Below are positions 61,353 through 64,000 of a stretch of DNA of 64,000 nt, piece by piece. The notes beneath the pieces are model-generated. The model did not search any database. It was not told where the DNA came from and saw only the letters and a program-made list of their open reading frames with translations. The position numbers and the translations under genes are program-made. This DNA comes from a bacterium (GTDB lineage Bacteria; UBA8248), in assembly GCA_965261085.1 (NCBI GenBank), contig OZ253442.1:2080001-2144000 (forward strand), given 5' to 3'. Numbering within the stretch: position 1 is the first letter of the stretch; the number at the start of each line of letters is the position of its first letter.

Positions 61353-62486
61353 ATGACTCGCATCGCCACCACCCACGTCGGGTCGCTTCCGCGAAGCCGG
61401 CGGGCGCTCGATTTTCTCTTCGCCCGCGACCGGGGCGAGCCCTACGACCCGGCCGACTTCGCCGCCTGCATGGCGGAGGAGTGCGCGGAGGCGGTTCGCC
61501 GGCAGGTCGAAGCCGGTATCGACATCGTCTCGGACGGCGAGACGTCCAAGATTTCCTACACCACCTACGTCAAGAACCGCTACACCGGCTTTTCCGGGAA
61601 CAGCGAGCGAAGCGTTCCGGGGGACCTGAAACTCTTTCCGCGCTATCTCGAACGCCTCGCGCGGGAAGGCGGCACCCCGAAGCTCGCCCGCCCGAGCTGC
61701 ACCGGGCCGGTAGCGCCGAAGGACGACGCCGACCTCCGGGCCGACATCGCCAATATGAAGAACGCAATGGCGGTGCACGGCGCGCAGCGCGGATTCTTGA
61801 ACGCGGCGTCGCCCGGCGTCATCGCGCAATTCCTTCCGAACGCCTACTACCCCTCTCGCGAGGCCTACCTCGAGGCCCTCGCCGACGCGATGAAGCCGGA
61901 GTACGACGCGATCCTCGCGGCGGGCTTCGACCTGCAGCTCGACTGCCCGGACCTCGGGCTCGCGCGCCACGTGCTGTACGAGGATCGTTCCGACGCCGAG
62001 TTCGGCGAGATCGCGGCGGCCAACGTCGAGATACTGAACCACGCGCTGCGCGACACCGACCCGGCGCGGGTGCGGGTCCACATCTGCTGGGGAAACTACG
62101 AGGGGCCTCACGTTTGCGACGTCGCGCTGAATCACGTGTTCTCCGCCTTGATGTCGGCCCGCGCCCGCTACGTCCTGTTCGAGAACGCCAACCCGCGGCA
62201 CGAGCACGAATGGACCGTATTTCGCGACCGGCGGGCCGATATCCCCGACGAGATGATCCTCGTGCCCGGAGTCATCGACTCGACGAGCAACTTCGTGGAG
62301 CATCCCGAACTTGTCGCGCAGCGGATCGGGCGCTTCGTGGAGCTCGTGGGTCCGGAGCGGGTCATCGCCGGAACCGACTGCGGGTTCGGGACGTTCGCCG
62401 GTTTCGGATCGGTCGATCCCGACATCGTCTACGTCAAGCTCGCGGCGTTGGCGGAGGGCGCCGCCATGGCGTCTGAGAGAATATAA
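61353..62486 (+). CDS. Cobalamin-independent methionine synthase II family protein (epoxyalkane:CoM transferase-like)
   Basis: THVGSLPR, SDGE, QLDCPDL, HICWGN, GTDCGF. Confidence 0.85.
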   Translation: MTRIATTHVGSLPRSRRALDFLFARDRGEPYDPADFAACMAEECAEAVRRQVEAGIDIVSDGETSKISYTTYVKNRYTGFSGNSERSVPGDLKLFPRYLERLAREGGTPKLARPSCTGPVAPKDDADLRADIANMKNAMAVHGAQRGFLNAASPGVIAQFLPNAYYPSREAYLEALADAMKPEYDAILAAGFDLQLDCPDLGLARHVLYEDRSDAEFGEIAAANVEILNHALRDTDPARVRVHICWGNYEGPHVCDVALNHVFSALMSARARYVLFENANPRHEHEWTVFRDRRADIPDEMILVPGVIDSTSNFVEHPELVAQRIGRFVELVGPERVIAGTDCGFGTFAGFGSVDPDIVYVKLAALAEGAAMASERI

Positions 62487-62823
62487 CGCGCGTCGGAACC
62501 GGCGGTCGCGAGCTTTGTTGTGACGTTTTGAATAGAGGAGACAGGTGGTTCTCACGGGCTCAATCCGCCCGCCCAGCGATTCGCCCCCGTTCAAACGATG
62601 GGTATTTTGACGCGGCTCTGTTTTCAAAAAGAGTGGGGCGGAAAAAGCAGCAGGTTCAGGACGCATGCAATATCGCCGGGATCGGCCGCTTTCCCGCCAG
62701 GTGATGCGAAGCCCGAGGGCGGCGATTTCCAAGGCGAACTTCACTCCGAGCCCCCGGCCCGCCCTCGATACCGGGGATGGGCCGGGGGCCTTTGTTCGGC
62801 CTGGCGCAACTTCCGCCAAGCGG

Positions 62824-63786
62824 CTATTTCTTCTTCACAAGCTTGTCCACGAGCGCCTTCATATTGCCGTTTTCTTCCACCATGAAGGATTCGAAATCCT
62901 TTCCGCTCATGTAGATCACTCGCTCGCCCATGCGCTTCACCATGGATTGGAAGGATTTGTCCTTCACTCCCTTGTCGAAGGCCGCCCGGAGCTTCGCCAG
63001 GATGTCCGCGGGCGTCTTCTTCGAGGCGAAAATCGTCCGGAACATGGCGAATTGGACGTTGTAGCCCTGCTCCTTCATCGTGGGCAGGTTGGGAAGCTGG
63101 GGCAGCCGGTCGGGCGCGGTTATAGCGAGAACGCGGACCGTTCCCTTGGAAAGAGAGGGCATCACCGTGGAGGCGAAGGCGGGGACGATGTCGATGTGCC
63201 CGCCGAGGAAGGCCTGCCAGGTGGGGCCGCCGCCTTGGAACGGAACGAACTTCAACTTGATGCCTGCCTTCAGCGAGAGAAGCTCCATGGGAATCTGGTC
63301 CACCCCCAGGCCGGGGACGCCCCCGAAGGAGATCTTGCCCGGCCTGCGCTTGGCGTCCTCGATCAGATCGCGGAGGTTCTTCCAGGGGGCGTCTTTCTTC
63401 ACGGTAATGAGAAGGGGGCTGTAGTTGATTCGCCCCACCGGCACGAAGGACGCCGAGGAATAGGGAAGGCTCTCCAGGAGAGGCTTCACCAGGATGCTCT
63501 GCTGGTCGCCCAGGATCAGGGTGTGCCCGTCCGCCCGCGCGCGGGCCACGAAGCTCGCTCCGATGGAGCCTCCGCCGCCCGCCCGAATGACCGCGAGCAT
63601 GGGTTGGCCCAGATAGGGTTCCATGACGCTCGCGAAGGCGCGCGCGTGCGCGTCGTGCGAGCCGCCCGGCGAATAGGGGATGACCAGCCGGACGGGCTTG
63701 TTCGGGAACTTAGCGGCCCCCGCGTGGGTTGGCGCCAGCCAAAGAGCCATGGCCGCGATGAGTAATACTGCCGAGAGTCGTTTCAT
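62824..63786 (-). CDS. Tripartite tricarboxylate transporter substrate-binding protein (TctC/Bug)
   Basis: FPNKPVRLVIPYSPGGSHD, GGGGSIG, VPFQGGG, PTMKEQG. Confidence 0.9.
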   Translation of the reverse strand: MKRLSAVLLIAAMALWLAPTHAGAAKFPNKPVRLVIPYSPGGSHDAHARAFASVMEPYLGQPMLAVIRAGGGGSIGASFVARARADGHTLILGDQQSILVKPLLESLPYSSASFVPVGRINYSPLLITVKKDAPWKNLRDLIEDAKRRPGKISFGGVPGLGVDQIPMELLSLKAGIKLKFVPFQGGGPTWQAFLGGHIDIVPAFASTVMPSLSKGTVRVLAITAPDRLPQLPNLPTMKEQGYNVQFAMFRTIFASKKTPADILAKLRAAFDKGVKDKSFQSMVKRMGERVIYMSGKDFESFMVEENGNMKALVDKLVKKK

Positions 63787-63855
63787 GGGAAGTTCCTCCT
63801 GTGTGTTGTTCCTGCCTTCTCTGAAATCATGCGCCCCGATATGGTGAAACCCTCC

Positions 63856-63999
63856 TCATTCATCGCCGGCCAGCGGGGATCGGCGGCGGGCGCCCCAGAC
63901 GACGACACCTGCGGCCAGCAAAATGAAGACGAGCGAAATAGGCCTGCGGACGAACAGGGAGAGGTCACCGTCTCCCATAATGAGCGATTGTCCGAGGGA
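63856..63999 (-). CDS. TctA-like permease C-terminus (truncated by window edge)
   Basis: Translates SLGQSLIMGDGDLSLFVRRPISLVFILL...; upstream of tctC. Confidence 0.7.
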   Translation of the reverse strand, partial: SLGQSLIMGDGDLSLFVRRPISLVFILLAAGVVVWGARRRSPLAGDE

Positions 64000-64000
64000 A

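Noticed and set aside
62490-62820. Possible ncRNA between convergent genes
   Set aside because: Only a GC-rich hairpin (~62750-62790) consistent with a terminator; no recognisable RNA family

Overview
High-GC bacterial chromosome segment. Ankyrin protein, TbpB-like surface lipoproteins, haloacid dehalogenase and TTT transporter resemble host-associated (e.g. sponge) symbionts; this is an inference. Housekeeping blocks: carbamate kinase, CCA-adding enzyme, pdxA, comF, aroF, rodZ-mfd-PPIases, pyrR-pyrB-pyrC-carA-carB. Accessory and metabolic blocks: a selenium/molybdenum-enzyme maturation operon (ridA-yqeB-MoxR AAA-VWA-yqeC-xdhC), a UGSC selenoprotein read through an in-frame TGA, a paired ATPase/ATPase-TPR module (one gene broken) and a low-GC orphan ATPase. 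The most unusual region is 2.3-10.4 kb, with two paralogous surface lipoprotein genes. Gene 1 has an ~800-nt structured leader containing three hairpin-locked copies of its own ribosome-binding region. Downstream of gene 1 is a 15-bp-stem RNA element whose loop is antisense, with G-U wobbles, to the RBS of both paralogues and of the leader copies. This looks like an undescribed RNA-based control circuit for a surface-protein family. An unannotated Phe/Tyr leader-peptide attenuator precedes aroF, and a PyrR site precedes the pyr operon.
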